Shown here piece by piece: positions 26,513-39,483 of a DNA stretch of 64,000 nt. Source of the DNA: the human T2T-CHM13v2.0 reference genome, Homo sapiens. The notes beneath the pieces are model-generated. The model was not told where the DNA came from, ran no database searches, and saw only the letters and a program-made list of their open reading frames with translations. The position numbers and the translations under genes were made by a program. The stretch lies in the NCBI GenBank assembly GCA_009914755.4, contig CP086569.2:28800001-28864000 (forward strand), read 5' to 3'. Every line of letters starts with the position of its first letter. The stretch's first letter is position 1.

Positions 26513-28889
26513 TTGCATTGCATTCCATTCCGTTTGATTCCAGTCCATTCAAGAAAGTTCCATTCCAGTCCATTGCTTTCGAGTCCATTCCATTCCACTC
26601 TAGTCTATTCCACTCCATTCCTTTCCATTCCATTCCATACTATTCCATTCCATTCCTTTGCATTCCGTTTCCAATCTATTCGAGTCCATTACATTCCAGT
26701 CCAATCCATTCGATTACATTCCTCTTGATTCCCTGCCAGTCGATTGCATTGCATACTAGACCATTCCAAAGGAGTCCATTCCATTCTATTTCAACACTTT
26801 CCATTCCACTCTGTTCGAGTCCATTCCATTCCAGTCCATTTAATTCAAGGGCATTCCATTCCATTCCATTCCATTTCATATTATTCTATTCCATTCAATT
26901 CCATTCCAGATGATTCCATTCCATTCTATACCATTGCTCTCTGTTCCATTCCATTCCATCTGTCTCCATTCCTTTCGTTTCGATTCCTTTCCATTCCATT
27001 CCATTACATTTGATCCTATTTTATTAAATTGCATTCTATTCGAGTGATTTCCATTCGAGTCCTTTCCATTCGATTCCATTCCATTCTATTCCATTCCTTT
27101 GGATTCCATTCCATTCCGTTCCGTTCATATCAATTCCTTGCCATTCCATTACATTCGATTTCTTGCCATTCGATTCCATTCCTTTTGACTCCATTTCATT
27201 CGATTCCATTCCATTCCATTAATTTCCATTCCATTCGAGACCTTTCCATTGCAGTCTTTTCCCTTCGAGTCCATTCCGTTCGATTCCCTTCCATTGGAGT
27301 CCGTACCAGTCTAGTCCATTCTATTCCAGTCCATTAGTTTCGACTCCATTGCGTTCGAGTGCATTCCATTCCGTGGCTGTCCATTGCATTCCGTTTGATG
27401 CCATTCCATATGATTCCATTCAATTCGAGACCATTCTATTCCTGTCCATTCCTTGTGGTTCGATTCCATTTTACTCTAGTCCATTCCATTCCATTGAATT
27501 CCATTCGACTCTATTCCGTTCCATTCAATTCCATTCCATTCGATTCCATTTTTTTCGAGAACCTTCCATTACACTCCCTTCCATTCCAGTGCATTCCATT
27601 CCAGTCTCTTCAGTTCTATTCCATTCCATTCGTTTCGATTCCATTCCACTCCAGCCCATTCCATTCCATTCCATTCCTTTCTTTCCGTTTCATTAGATTC
27701 CATTGCATTCAATTCCATTCAAATCAATTCCGTGCTATTCAATTTGATTCCTTTCCATTTAATTCCATAGCATTAGATTCCATTCCGTTCGATTCCATTC
27801 CATTTGATGCCATTCCATTTGATGCCATTCCGTGACATTCCATTCCATTCGAGTCCATTCCGTTCCAATTCATTCCATTCCGTTTCATGAAATTCGAGTC
27901 CTTTCCAGTACATTTCATTCCAATCCCATCCAATCCAATCTATTCCATTCAATTCCTTTCCCTTCCATTTGATTATATTCCATTGATTTGATTCCATTCA
28001 GTTTGATTCCATTCCGTGAAATTTCGTTCCATTCTATTCCATTGCATTACTTTCCATTCAATTCCATTCCATTTCATTTCTGTCCATTCGCTTCCTTTCC
28101 TTTCGATTCAATTCCATTTGATTCCACTCCATTCTATGCGATTTCATTGCAATCGATTCAATTCCATTCGATGACATTCCTTTCGTTTCCATTCCATTAG
28201 AGTCCATTCAATTTGAGCATTCGTGTCCATTCTATTCGAGTCCATTCCATTACCGTCTATTCTATTCCCTTCCATTCCTGTTGATTCAATTTCATTCCCT
28301 TCCATTCGATTCCTTTCCATTCGATTCCATTCCTTTCCATTCCATTCCATTCGTTCCCATTCCATGTGATTTCATTCCATTCCAGTGCATTATATTCGAG
28401 TCCACTCCACTCCATTCTATTACATTCAATTCCTCATGAGTCCGTTCCATAACACTCCCTGCATTTCGATTCCATTTCTTGCCAGTTTTCTTCCATTTTA
28501 TTGCATTCCGTTCGATTCCATTCCATTCGATTGCATTCCATTCGATTGCATTCCATTCGAATCCTTTCCATTCCTTTCTATTCCATTCCATTTCATTCGA
28601 TTTGATTCCATTCTGTTCTATTCCATTCAATTCTTTTTCATTCCATTCGAATCCTTTCTATTGCAGTCCATTCCATTCGAGTCCATTCCAATCCCTTCCA
28701 TCCATTCCATTACACTCCATTCCAATAGATTCCACTCCTTTGCCTTCCATTCGAATCCATTCCATTCTAGTCCATTCCATTTGAGTCAATTCCATTCCAT
28801 TCCATTCTATTCCTTTCCAATCCATTCGATTCCATTCGATTCAATTCCATTTAATTCTCTTTCATTCTATTTTATTCCATGCCATTTGA
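26513..28889. repeat. Array 1 HOR unit u12 (2377 bp, subtype B).
   Basis: B markers at 27739, 27773, 27988 and 28385. Confidence 0.8.
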
Positions 28890-29670
28890 TTGCATTGCAT
28901 TCCATTCCGTTTGATTCCAGTCCATTCAAGAAAGTTCCATTCCAGTCCATTGCTTTCGAGTCCATTCCATTCCACTCTAGTCTATTCCACTCCATTCCTT
29001 TCCATTCCATTCCATACTATTCCATTCCATTCCTTTGCATTCCGTTTCCAATCTATTCGAGTCCATTACATTCCAGTCCAATCCATTCGATTACATTCCT
29101 CTTGATTCCCTGCCAGTCGATTGCATTGCATACTAGACCATTCCAAAGGAGTCCATTCCATTCTATTTCAACACTTTCCATTCCACTCTGTTCGAGTCCA
29201 TTCCATTCCAGTCCATTTAATTCAAGGGCATTCCATTCCATTCCATTCCATTTCATATTATTCTATTCCATTCAATTCCATTCCAGATGATTCCATTCCA
29301 TTCTATACCATTGCTCTCTGTTCCATTCCATTCCATCTGTCTCCATTCCTTTCGTTTCGATTCCTTTCCATTCCATTCCATTACATTTGATCCTATTTTA
29401 TTAAATTGCATTCTATTCGAGTGATTTCCATTCGAGTCCTTTCCATTCGATTCCATTCCATTCTATTCCATTCCTTTGGATTCCATTCCATTCCGTTCCG
29501 TTCACATCAATTCCTTGCGATTCCATTACATTCGATTTCTTGCCATTCGATTCCATTCCTTTTGACTCCATTTCATTCGATTCCATTCCATTCCATTAAT
29601 TTCCATTCCATTCGAGACCTTTCCATTGCAGTCTTTTCCCTTCGAGTCCATTCCGTTCGATTCCCTTCCA

Positions 29671-29685
29671 TTCGATTCCATTCCA
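29671..29685. repeat. 15-bp (three-pentamer) tandem duplication 'ttcgattccattcca', diagnostic of all array-2 units.
   Basis: Array 1 reads cgattcccttccattggagtcc. Array 2 reads cgattcccttcca|ttcgattccattcca|ttggagtcc. This gives the 107-aa versus 102-aa peptide difference (extra IRFHS) in every 3.5-kb unit. Confidence 0.8.
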
Positions 29686-30194
29686 TTGGAGTCCGTACCA
29701 GTCGAGTCCATTCTATTCCAGTCCATTAGTTTCGACTCCATTGCATTCGAGTGCATTCCATTCCGTGGCTGTCCATTCCATTCCGTTTGATGCCATTCCA
29801 TACGATTCCATTCAATTCGAGACCATTCTATTCCTGTCCATTCCTTGTGGTTCGATTCCATTTCACTATAGTCCATTCCATTCCATTGAATTCCATACGA
29901 CTCTATTCCGTTCCATTCAATTCCATTCCTTTCGATTCCATTTTTTTGGAGAACCTTCCATTACACTCCCTTCCATTCCAGTGCATTCCATTCCAGTCTC
30001 TTCAGTTCGATTCCATTCCATTCGTTTCAATTCCATTCCATTCCAGCCCATTCCATTCCATTCCATTCCTTTCCTTTCCGTTTCATTAGATTCCATTGCA
30101 TTCGATTCCATTCAATTCAATTCCGTGCTATTCAATTTGATTCATTTCCATTTAATTCCATTGCATTAGATTCCATTCCGTTCGATTCCATTCC

Positions 30195-31324
30195 TTTCGA
30201 ATCCATTCCATTGGAGTCCATTCACTTCCAGAACATTCCCTTCCAGTCGAATCCATTCGAGTAGATTCCATTAATGTTCATTACATTCTACTACATTCCA
30301 TTCCATTGCATTCCATTCCATTCCGTTCGATGCCATTCGATTCCACTCCATGCCAAATCATTGCATTCCTTTCCACTCCGTTCCTATCAATTCAATTCCA
30401 TTCGATTTAGTTCGATTCTATTCACTTCCATTCCATCCGATTCCATTCCATTGGAGTCAATTCCTTTCGACACCCAGCCTTTCCAGTCAATGATTTTGGA
30501 TTCCATTTTTTTGCATTCCATTACATTCTATGACATTCGATTCCGTTTCATTGCATTCCATTCCATACATTTTTATTCCATTCGAGACCGTAGCATTCTG
30601 CTTTATTCCAGGCCTGTCCATTGCACTACATTCCCTTCCATTCCAATGAATTCCATTCCATTCCAATCCATTCCTTTCCTTTCGCTTGTATTCCATTCTA
30701 TTCTCTTCTACTGCATACAATTTCACTCCATTCGTTCCCATTCCATTCAATTCCATTCCATTCAATTCCATTCCATTTGTTTCCATTCTCTTCGATTCCA
30801 TTTCTTTATATTCCATGCCATTCGATTCCATTCTATTGGATTGCATTACATTCGTATTCACTCCATTCCAGACCATTCCATTTGACTCCATTCCTTTCGA
30901 GCCCTTTCAACTTAAGTCCATTCCTTTCCAGTCCATTTCACTCCAGTCCATTACTGTCCATTCCATACCATTCCATCCCATTCCATTCCATTCCATTGCA
31001 TTCCATTCCATTCCGTTCCATTGCACTGTACTCCATTCCATTACATTCTACTCCATTTGAGTCGATTTTATTGCATTAGATTCTATTCCATTGGATTGCT
31101 TTCCATTCGATTACATTCCATTCATGTACATTCCATTCCAGTCAATTACATTCGAGTTCATTACATTACATTCCAGTATATTCCATTGTATTCGGTCCCA
31201 TTCCTTTCAATTCCATTTCATTAGACTCCATTATATTCGATTCCATTCCACTCGAATACATTCCATTAGAGGACATTCCATTCCAATGCATTCCATTCCA
31301 TTTCATAGCATTCCATCGCATTCG
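30195..31324. repeat. ~1.13-kb array-2-specific HOR segment (first copy), bounded by 14-bp direct repeats 'ttcgattccattcc' at ~30181-30194 and ~31311-31324. It is absent from the 2.38-kb units and recurs once per 3.53-kb unit.
   Basis: Alignment by eye: array 1 at 1641-1690 equals the left flank (ccgttcgattccattcc) joined directly to the right flank (atttgatgccattcc...). In array 2 the two flanks are separated by diverged pentamer sequence containing cgacacccagcctttccagtcaatgattttgg, gagaccgtagcattc and ccaggcctgtcc. Confidence 0.75.
30611..30614. other. HaeIII (GGCC) site within 'ccaggcctgtcc', which appears to occur only once per 3.53-kb unit and is not seen in array 1.
   Basis: Recurs at ~34144, ~37671, etc. 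It is mutated in v7 (ccaagcctgtcc ~51821) and v8 (ccattcctgtcc ~55350). No GGCC noticed in the 2.38-kb units on visual scan. Confidence 0.5.
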
Positions 31325-32423
31325 ATTCCATTCCATTTGATGCCATTCCATGACATTCCATTCCATTCGAGTCCATTCCGTTCCAATTCATTCCATTCCG
31401 TTTCATGAAATTCGAGTCCTTTCCAGTACATTTCATTCCAATCACATCCAATCCAATCTACTCCATTCAATTCCTTTCCATTCCATTTGATTATTTTCCA
31501 TTGATTTGATTCCATTCAGTTTGATTCCATTCCGTGAAATTTCGTTCCATTCTATTCCATTGCATTACTTTCCATTCAATTCCATTCCATTTCATTTCAG
31601 TCCATTCGCTTACTTTCCTTTCGATTCAATTCCATTTGATTCCACTCCATTCTATGTGATTTCATTCCAATCGATTCAATTCCATTCGATGACATTCCTT
31701 TCGTTTCCATTCCATTCGAGTCCATTTAATTTGAGCATTCGTGTCCATTCTATTCGAGTCCATTCCATTACCGTCTATTCTACTCCCTTCCATTCCTGTT
31801 GATTCAATTTCATTCCCTTCCATTCGATTCCTTTCCATTCGATTCCATTCCTTTCCATTCCATTCCATTCGTTCCCATTCCATGTGATTTCATTCCATTC
31901 CAGTCCATTATATTCGAGTCCACTCCACTCCATTCTATTACATTCAATTCCTTTTGAGTCCGTTCCATAACACTCCATTCATTTCGAATCCATTTCTTGC
32001 CAGTTTTCTTCCATTTTATTCCATTCCGTTCGATTCCATTCCATTCGATTGCATTCCATTCGATTGCATTCCATTCGAATCCTTTCCATTCCATTTCATT
32101 CCATTCCTTTCTATTCCATTCCATTTCATTCGATTTGATTCCATTCTGTTCTATTCCATTCAATTCTTTTTCATTCCATTCGAATCCTTTCTATTGCAGT
32201 CCATTCCATTCGAGTCCATTCCAATCCCTTCCATTCCATTCCATTACAGTCCATTCCAATAGATTCCATTCCTTTGCCTTCCATTCGAATCCATTCCATT
32301 CTAGTCCATTCCATTTGAGTCAATTCCATTCCATTCCATTCTATTCCTTTCCAATCCATTCGATTCCATTCGATTCAATTCCATTTGATTCTCTTTCATT
32401 CTATTTTATTCCATGCCATTTCA

Positions 32424-35400
32424 TTGCATTGCATTGCATTCCGTTTGATTCCAGTCCATTCAAGAAAGTTCCATTCCAGTCCATTGCTTACGAGTCCATT
32501 CCATTCCACTCTAGTCTATTCCACTCCATTCCTTTCCATTCCATTCCATACTATTCCATTCCATTCCTTTGCTTTCCGTTTCTAATCTATTCGAGTCCAT
32601 TGCATTCCAGTCCAATCCATTCGATTACATGCCTTTTGATTCCCTGCCAGTCGATTGCATTGCATACTAGACCATTCCAAACGAGTCCATTCCATTCTAT
32701 TTCAACAATTTCCATTCCACTCTGTTCGAGTCCATTCCATTCCAGTCCATTTAATTCAAGGGCATTCCATTCCATTCCATTCCATTTCATATTATTCCAT
32801 TCCATTCAATTCCATTCCAGATGATTCCATTCCATTCTATACCATTGCTCTCTGTTCCATTCCATTCCATCTGTCTCCATTCCTTTCGTTTCGATTCCTT
32901 TCCATTCCATTCCATTACATTTGATCCTATTTTATTAAATTGCATTCTATTCGAGTGATTTCCATTCGAGTCCTTTCCATTCGATTCCATTCCATTCTAT
33001 TCCATTCCTTTGGATTCCATTCCATTCCGTTCCGTTCACATCCATTCCTTGTGATTCCATTACATTCGATTTCTTGCCATTCGATTCCATTCCTTTTGAC
33101 TCCATTTCATTCGATTCCATTCCATTCCATTAATTTCCATTCCATTCGAGACCTTTACATTGCAGTCTTTTCCCTTCGAGTCCATTCCGTTCGATTCCCT
33201 TCCATTCGATTCCATTCCATTGGAGTCCGTACCAGTCGAGTCCATTCTATTCCAGTCCATTAGTGTCGACTCCATTGCATTCGAGTGCATTCCATTCCGT
33301 GGCTGTCCATTCCATTCCGTTTGATGCCATTCCATACGATTCCATTCAATTCGAGACCATTCTATTCCTGTCCATTCCTTGTGGTTCGATTCCATTTCAC
33401 TCTAGTCCATTCCATTCCATTGAATTCCATACGACTCTATTCCGTTCCATTCAATTCCATTCCTTTCGATTCCATTTTTTTGGAGAACTTTCCATTACAC
33501 TCCCTTCCATTCCAGTGCATTCCATTCCAGTCTCTTCAGTTCGATTCCATTCCATTCGTTTCGATTCCATTCCATTCCAGCCCATTCCATTCAATTCCAT
33601 TCCTTTCCTTTCCGTTTCATTAGATTCCATTGCATTCGATTCCATTCAATTCAATTCCGTGCTATTCAATTTGATTCATTTCCATTTAATTCCATTGCAT
33701 TAGATTCCATTCCGTTCGATTCCATTCCTTTCGAATCCATTCCATTGGAGTCCATTCACTTCCAGAACATTCCATTCCAGTCGAATCCATTCGAGTAGAT
33801 TCCATTAATGTTCATTACATTCTACTACATTCCATTCCATTGCATTCCATTCCATTCCGTTCGATGCCATTCGATTCCACTCCATGCCAAATCATTGCAT
33901 TCCTTTCCACTCCGTTCCTATCAATTCAATTCCATTCGATTTAGTTCGATTCTATTCACTTCCATTCCATCCGATTCCATTCCATTGGAGTCAATTCTTT
34001 CGACACCCAGCCTTTCCAGTCAATGATTTTGGATTCCATTTTTTTGCATTCCATTACATTCTATGACATTCGATTCCGTTTCATTGCATTCCATTCCATA
34101 CATTTTTATTCCATTCGAGACCGTAGCATTCCACTTTATTCCAGGCCTGTCCATTGCACTACATTCCCTTCCATTCCAATGAATTCCATTCCATTCCAAT
34201 CCATTCCTTTCCTTTCGCTTGTTTTCCATTCTATTCTCTTCTACTGCATACAATTTCACTCCATTCGTTCCCATTCCATTCAATTCCATTCCATTCAATT
34301 CCATTCCATTTGTTTCCTTTCTCTTCGATTCCATTTCTTTATATTCCATGCCATTCGATTCCATTCTATTGCATTGCATTACATTCGTATTCACTCCATT
34401 CCAGACCATTCCATTTGACTCCATTCCTTTCGAGCCCTTTCAACTTAAGTCCATTCCTTTCCAGTCCATTTCACTCCAGTCCATTACTGTCCATTCCATA
34501 CCATTCCATCCCATTCCATTCCATTCCATTCCATTCCATTGCATTCCATTCCATTCCGTTCCATTGCACTGTACTCCATTCCATTACATTCTACTCCATT
34601 TGAGTCGATTTTATTGCATTAGATTCTATTCCATTGGATTGCTTTCCATTCGATTACATTCCATTCATGTACATTCCATTCCAGTCAATTACATTCGAGT
34701 TCATTACATTACATTCCAGTATATTCCATTGTATTCGGACCCATTCCTTTCAATTCCATTTCATTAGACTCCATTATATTCGATTCCATTCCACTCGAAT
34801 ACATTCCATTAGAGGACATTCCATTCCAATGCATTCCATTCCATTTCATAGCATTCCATCGCATTCGATTCCATTCCATTTGATGCCATTCCATGACATT
34901 CCATTCCATTCGAGTCCATTCCGTTCCAATTCATTCCATTCCGTTTCATGAAATTCGAGTCCTTTCCAGTACATTTCATTCCAATCACATCCAATCCAAT
35001 CTACTCCATTCAATTCCTTTCCATTCCATTTGATTATTTTCCATTGATTTGATTCCATTCAGTTTGATTCCATTCCGTGAAATTTCGTTCCATTCTATTC
35101 CATTGCATTACTTTCCATTCAATTCCATTCCATTTCATTTCAGTCCATTCGCTTCCTTTCCTTTCGATTCAATTCCATTTGATTCCACTCCATTCTATGC
35201 GATTTCATTCCAATCGATTCAATTCCATTCGATGACATTCCTTTCGTTTCGATTCCATTCGATTCCATTCAATTTGAGCATTCGTGTCCATTCTATTCGA
35301 GTCCATTCCATTACCGTCTATTCTATTCCCTTCCATTCCTGTTGATTCAATTTCATTCCCTTCCATTCGATTCCTTTCCATTCGATTCCATTCCTTTCCA

Positions 35401-35956
35401 TTCCATTCCATTCGTTCCCATTCCATGTGATTTCATTCCATTCCAGTCCATTATATTCGAGTCCACTCCACTCCATTCTATTACATTCAATTCCTTTTGA
35501 GTCCGTTCCATAACACTCCATTCATTTCGATTCCATTTCTTGCCAGTTTTCTTCCATTTTATTCCATTCCGTTCGATTCCATTCCTTTCGATTGCATTCC
35601 ATTCGATTGCATTCCATTCGAATCCTTTCCATTCCATTTCATTCCATTCCTTTCTATTCCATTCCATTTCATTCGATTTGATTCCATTCTGTTCTATTCC
35701 ATTCAATTCTTTTTCATTCCATTCGAATCCTTTCTATTGCAGTCCATTCCATTCAAGTCCATTCCAATCCCTTCCATTCCATTCCATTACAGTCCATTCC
35801 AATAGATTCCATTCCTTTGCCTTCCATTCGAATCCATTCCATTCTTGTCCATTCCATTTGAGTCAATTCCATTCTATTCCTTTCCAATCCATTCGATTCC
35901 ATTTGATTCAATTCCATTTGATTCTCTTTCATTCTATTTTATTCCATGCCACTTGA
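32424..35956. repeat. Array 2 HOR unit v2 (3533 bp, insert subtype Y).
   Basis: Insert at 33808 carries a 1-bp deletion (gtcaattctttcgacaccc) that truncates the peptide to 72 aa. The 134-aa peptide is the KRKETNG/ENKRKE variant. Confidence 0.75.
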
Positions 35957-38900
35957 TTGCATTGCATTCCATTCCGTTTGATTCCAGTCCATTCAAGAAA
36001 GTTCCATTCCAGTCCATTGCTTTCCAGTCCATTCCATTCCACTCTAGTCTATTCCACTCCATTCCTTTCCATTCCATTCCATAATATTCCATTCCATTCC
36101 TTTGCTTTCCGTTTCCAATCTATTCGAGTCCATTGCATTCCAGTCCAATCCATTCGATTACATTCTTTTGATTCCCTGCCAGTCGATTGCATTGCATACT
36201 AGACCATTCCAAACGAGTCCATTCCATTCTATTTCAACACTTTCCATTCCACTCTGTTCGAGTCCATTCCATTCCAGTCCATTTAATTCAAGGGCATTCC
36301 ATTCCATTCCATTCCATTTCCTGTTATTCCATTCCATTCAATTCCATTCCAGATGATTCCATTCCATTCTATACCTTTGCTCTCTGTTCCATTCCATTCC
36401 ATCTGTCTCCATTCCTTTCGTTTCGATTCCTTTCCATTCCATTCCATTACATTTGATCCTATTTTATTAAATTGCATTCTATTCGAGTGCTTTCCATTCG
36501 AGTCCTTTCCATTCGATTCCATTCCATTCTATTCCATTCTTTTGGATTCCATTCCGTTCCGTTCCGTTCACATCAATTCCTTGCGATTCCATTACATTCG
36601 ATTTCTTGCCATTCGATTCCATTCCTTTTGACTCCATTTCATTCGATTCCATTCCATTCCATTAATTTCCATTCCATTCGAGACCTTTCCATTGCAGTCT
36701 TTTCCCTTCGAGTCCATTCCGTTCGATTCCCTTCCATTCGATTCCATTCCATTGGAGTCCGTACCAGTCGAGTCCATTCTGTTCCAGTCCATTAGTTTCG
36801 ACTCCATTGCATTCGAGTGCATTCCATTCCGTGGCTGTCCATTCCATTTCGTTTGATGCCATTCCATAAGATTCCATTAAATTCGAGACCATTCTATTCC
36901 TGTCCATTCCTTGTGGTTCGATTCCATTTCACTCTAGTCCATTCCATTCCATTGAATTCCATTCGACTCTATTCCGTTCCATTCAATTCCATTCCTTTCG
37001 ATTCCCTTTTTTTCGAGAACCTTCCATTACACTCCCTTCCATTCCAGTGCATTCCATTCCAGTCTCTTCAGTTCGATTCCATTCCATTCGTTTCGATTCC
37101 ATTCCATTCCAGCCCATTCCATTCCATTCCATTCCTTTCCTTTCCGTTTCATTAGATTCCATTGCATTCGATTCCATTCAATTCATTTCCGTTCTATTCA
37201 ATTTGATTCATTTCCATTTAATTCCATTCCATTAGATTCCATTCCTTTCGAATCCATTCCATTGGAGTCCATTCACTTCCAGAACATTCCATTCCAGTCG
37301 AATCCATTCGAGTACATTCCATTAAAGTTCATTACATTCTAATACATTCCATTCCATTGCATTCCATTCCATTCCATTCGATGCCATTCGATTCCATTCC
37401 ATGCCAAATCATTGCATTCCTTTCCATTCCGTTCCTATCCATTCCATTCCATTCGATTTAGTTCGATGCTATTCACTTCCATTCCATTCGATTCCATTCC
37501 ATTGGAGTCAATTCCTTTCGACACCCAGCCTTTCCAGTCAATGATTTTGGATTCCATTTTTTTGCATTCCATTACATTCTATGACATTCGATTCCATTTC
37601 ATTGCATTCCGTTCCATACATTTTTATTCCATTCGAGACCGTAGCATTCCACTTTATTCCAGGCCTGTCCATTACACTACATTCCCTTCCATTCCAATGA
37701 ATTCCATTCCATTCCAATCCATTCCTTTCCTTTCGCTTGCATTCCATTCTATTCTCTTCTACTGCATACAATTTCACTCCATTCGTTCCCATTCCATTCA
37801 ATTCCATTCCATTCAATTCCATTCCATTTGTTTCCATTCTCTTCAATTCCATTTCTTTATATTCCATGCCATTCGATTCCATTCTATTGGATTGCATTAC
37901 ATTCGTGTTCATTCCATTCCAGACCATTCCATTTGACTCCATTCCTTTCGAGCCCTTTCAATTTGAGTCCATTCTTTTCCAGTCCATTTCTCTCCAGTCC
38001 ATTACTATCCATTCCATACCATTCCATCCCATTCCATTCCATTCCATTCAATTCCATTGCATTCCATTCCATTCCATTCCTTTGCACTGCACTCCATTCC
38101 ATTACATTCTACTCTCTTTGAGTCGATTTTATTGCTTTAGATTCTATTCCATTGGATTACTATCCATTCGATTACATTCCATTCATGTACATTCCATTCC
38201 AGTCAATTACATTCGTGTTCATTACATTACATTCCAGTATATTCCATTTTATTCGGTCCCATTCCTTTCAATTCCATTTCATTCGACTCCATCATATTCC
38301 ATTCCATTCCACTCGAATCCATTCCATTAGAGGACATTCCATTCCAATGCATTCCATTCCATTCCATAGCATTCCATTGCATTCGATTCCATTCCATTTG
38401 ATGCCATTCCATTTGATGCCATTCCATGACATTCCATTCCATTCGAGTCCATTCCATTCCAATTCATTCCATTCCGTTTCATGAAATGCGAGTCCTTTCC
38501 ATTCCATTTCATTCCAATCCCATCCAATCCAATCTACTCCATTCAATTCCTTTCCATTCCATTTGATTATATTCCATTGATTTGATTCCATTCAGTTTGA
38601 TTCCATTCCGTGAAATTTCGTTCCATTCTATTCCATTGCATTACTTTCCATTCAATTCCATTCCATTTCATTTCAGTCCATTTGCTTCCTTTCCTTTCGA
38701 TTCAATTCCATTTGATTCCACTCCATTCTATGCGATTTCATTCCAATCGATTCAATTCCATTCGTTGACATTCCTTTCGTTTCCATTCCATTCGAGTCCA
38801 TTCAATTTGAGCATTCGTGTCCATTCTATTCGAGTCCATTCCATTACCGTCTATTCTATTCCCTTGCATTCCTGTTGATTCAATTTCATTCCCTTCCATT

Positions 38901-39483
38901 CGATTCCTTTCCATTCGATTCCATTCCTTTCCATTCCATTCCATTCGTTCCCATTCCATGTGATTTCATTCCATTCCTGTCCATTATATTCGAGTCCACT
39001 CCACTCCATTCTATTACATTCAATTCCTTTTGAGTCCGTTCCATAACACTCCATTCATTTCGATTCCATTTCTTGCCAGTTTGCTTCCATTTTATTCCGT
39101 TCCGTTCGATTCCATTCCATTCCATTGCATTCCATTCGAATCCTTTCCATTCCATTTCATTCCATTCCTTTCTATTCCATTCCATTTCATTTGATTTGAT
39201 TCCATTCTGTTCTATTCCATTCAATTCTTTTTCATTCCATTCGAATCCTTTCTATTGCAGTCCATTCCATTCGAGTCCATTCCAATCCCTTCCATTCCAT
39301 TCCATTACAGTCCATTCCAATAGATTCCATTCCTTTGCATTCCATTCGAATCCATTCCATTCTAGTCCATTCCATTTGAGTCAATTCCATTCCATTCCAT
39401 TCTATTCCTTTCCAATCCATTCGATTCCATTCGATTCAATTCCATTTGATTCTCTTTCATTCATTTTATTCCATGCCATTTGA
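35957..39483. repeat. Array 2 HOR unit v3 (3527 bp, insert subtype Z).
   Basis: MHSFPFRSYPFHS insert variant at 37412. M-type 134-aa peptide at 37538. Head carries the MLSVS variant block (36102). Confidence 0.75.

Larger units (their letters stand above)
1..29660. repeat. HSat3 higher-order-repeat array 1: ~12.5 copies of a 2,377-bp HOR (unit lengths 2376-2381).
   Basis: The same ORF-track peptide (MHCIPFRLIPVHSRKFHS...) recurs at 365, 2742, 5118, 7495, 9872, 12249, 14625, 17002, 19378, 21755, 24132, 26513 and 28890. Spacing is 2376/2377 throughout, apart from one 2381. Many ORF peptides are identical between copies. Confidence 0.92.
28890..32423. repeat. Transition unit v1 (3534 bp). Its first ~650-780 bp are array-1-type and the rest is array-2-type (insert subtype X).
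   Basis: 28890-~29520 carries array-1 diagnostic variants (tgcattgcattccattccgtttg, tgctttcgag, ccaaaggagtcc, catcaattccttgcgattcc). From 29671 onward it carries array-2 variants (15-bp duplication, catttcactatagtcc, the 1.13-kb block). Confidence 0.8.

Noticed and set aside
30195-31324. The 1.13-kb array-2-specific block as a possible transposable-element insertion (Alu, L1 or SVA).
   Set aside because: Its sequence is still recognisably pentamer-derived (cattcc, cgattcc and ccagtcc motifs throughout). It lacks Alu or L1 hallmarks, a poly-A tail and TSDs other than the satellite-derived 14-bp flanking repeat. It is better explained as HOR-internal satellite sequence present or absent through unequal exchange.
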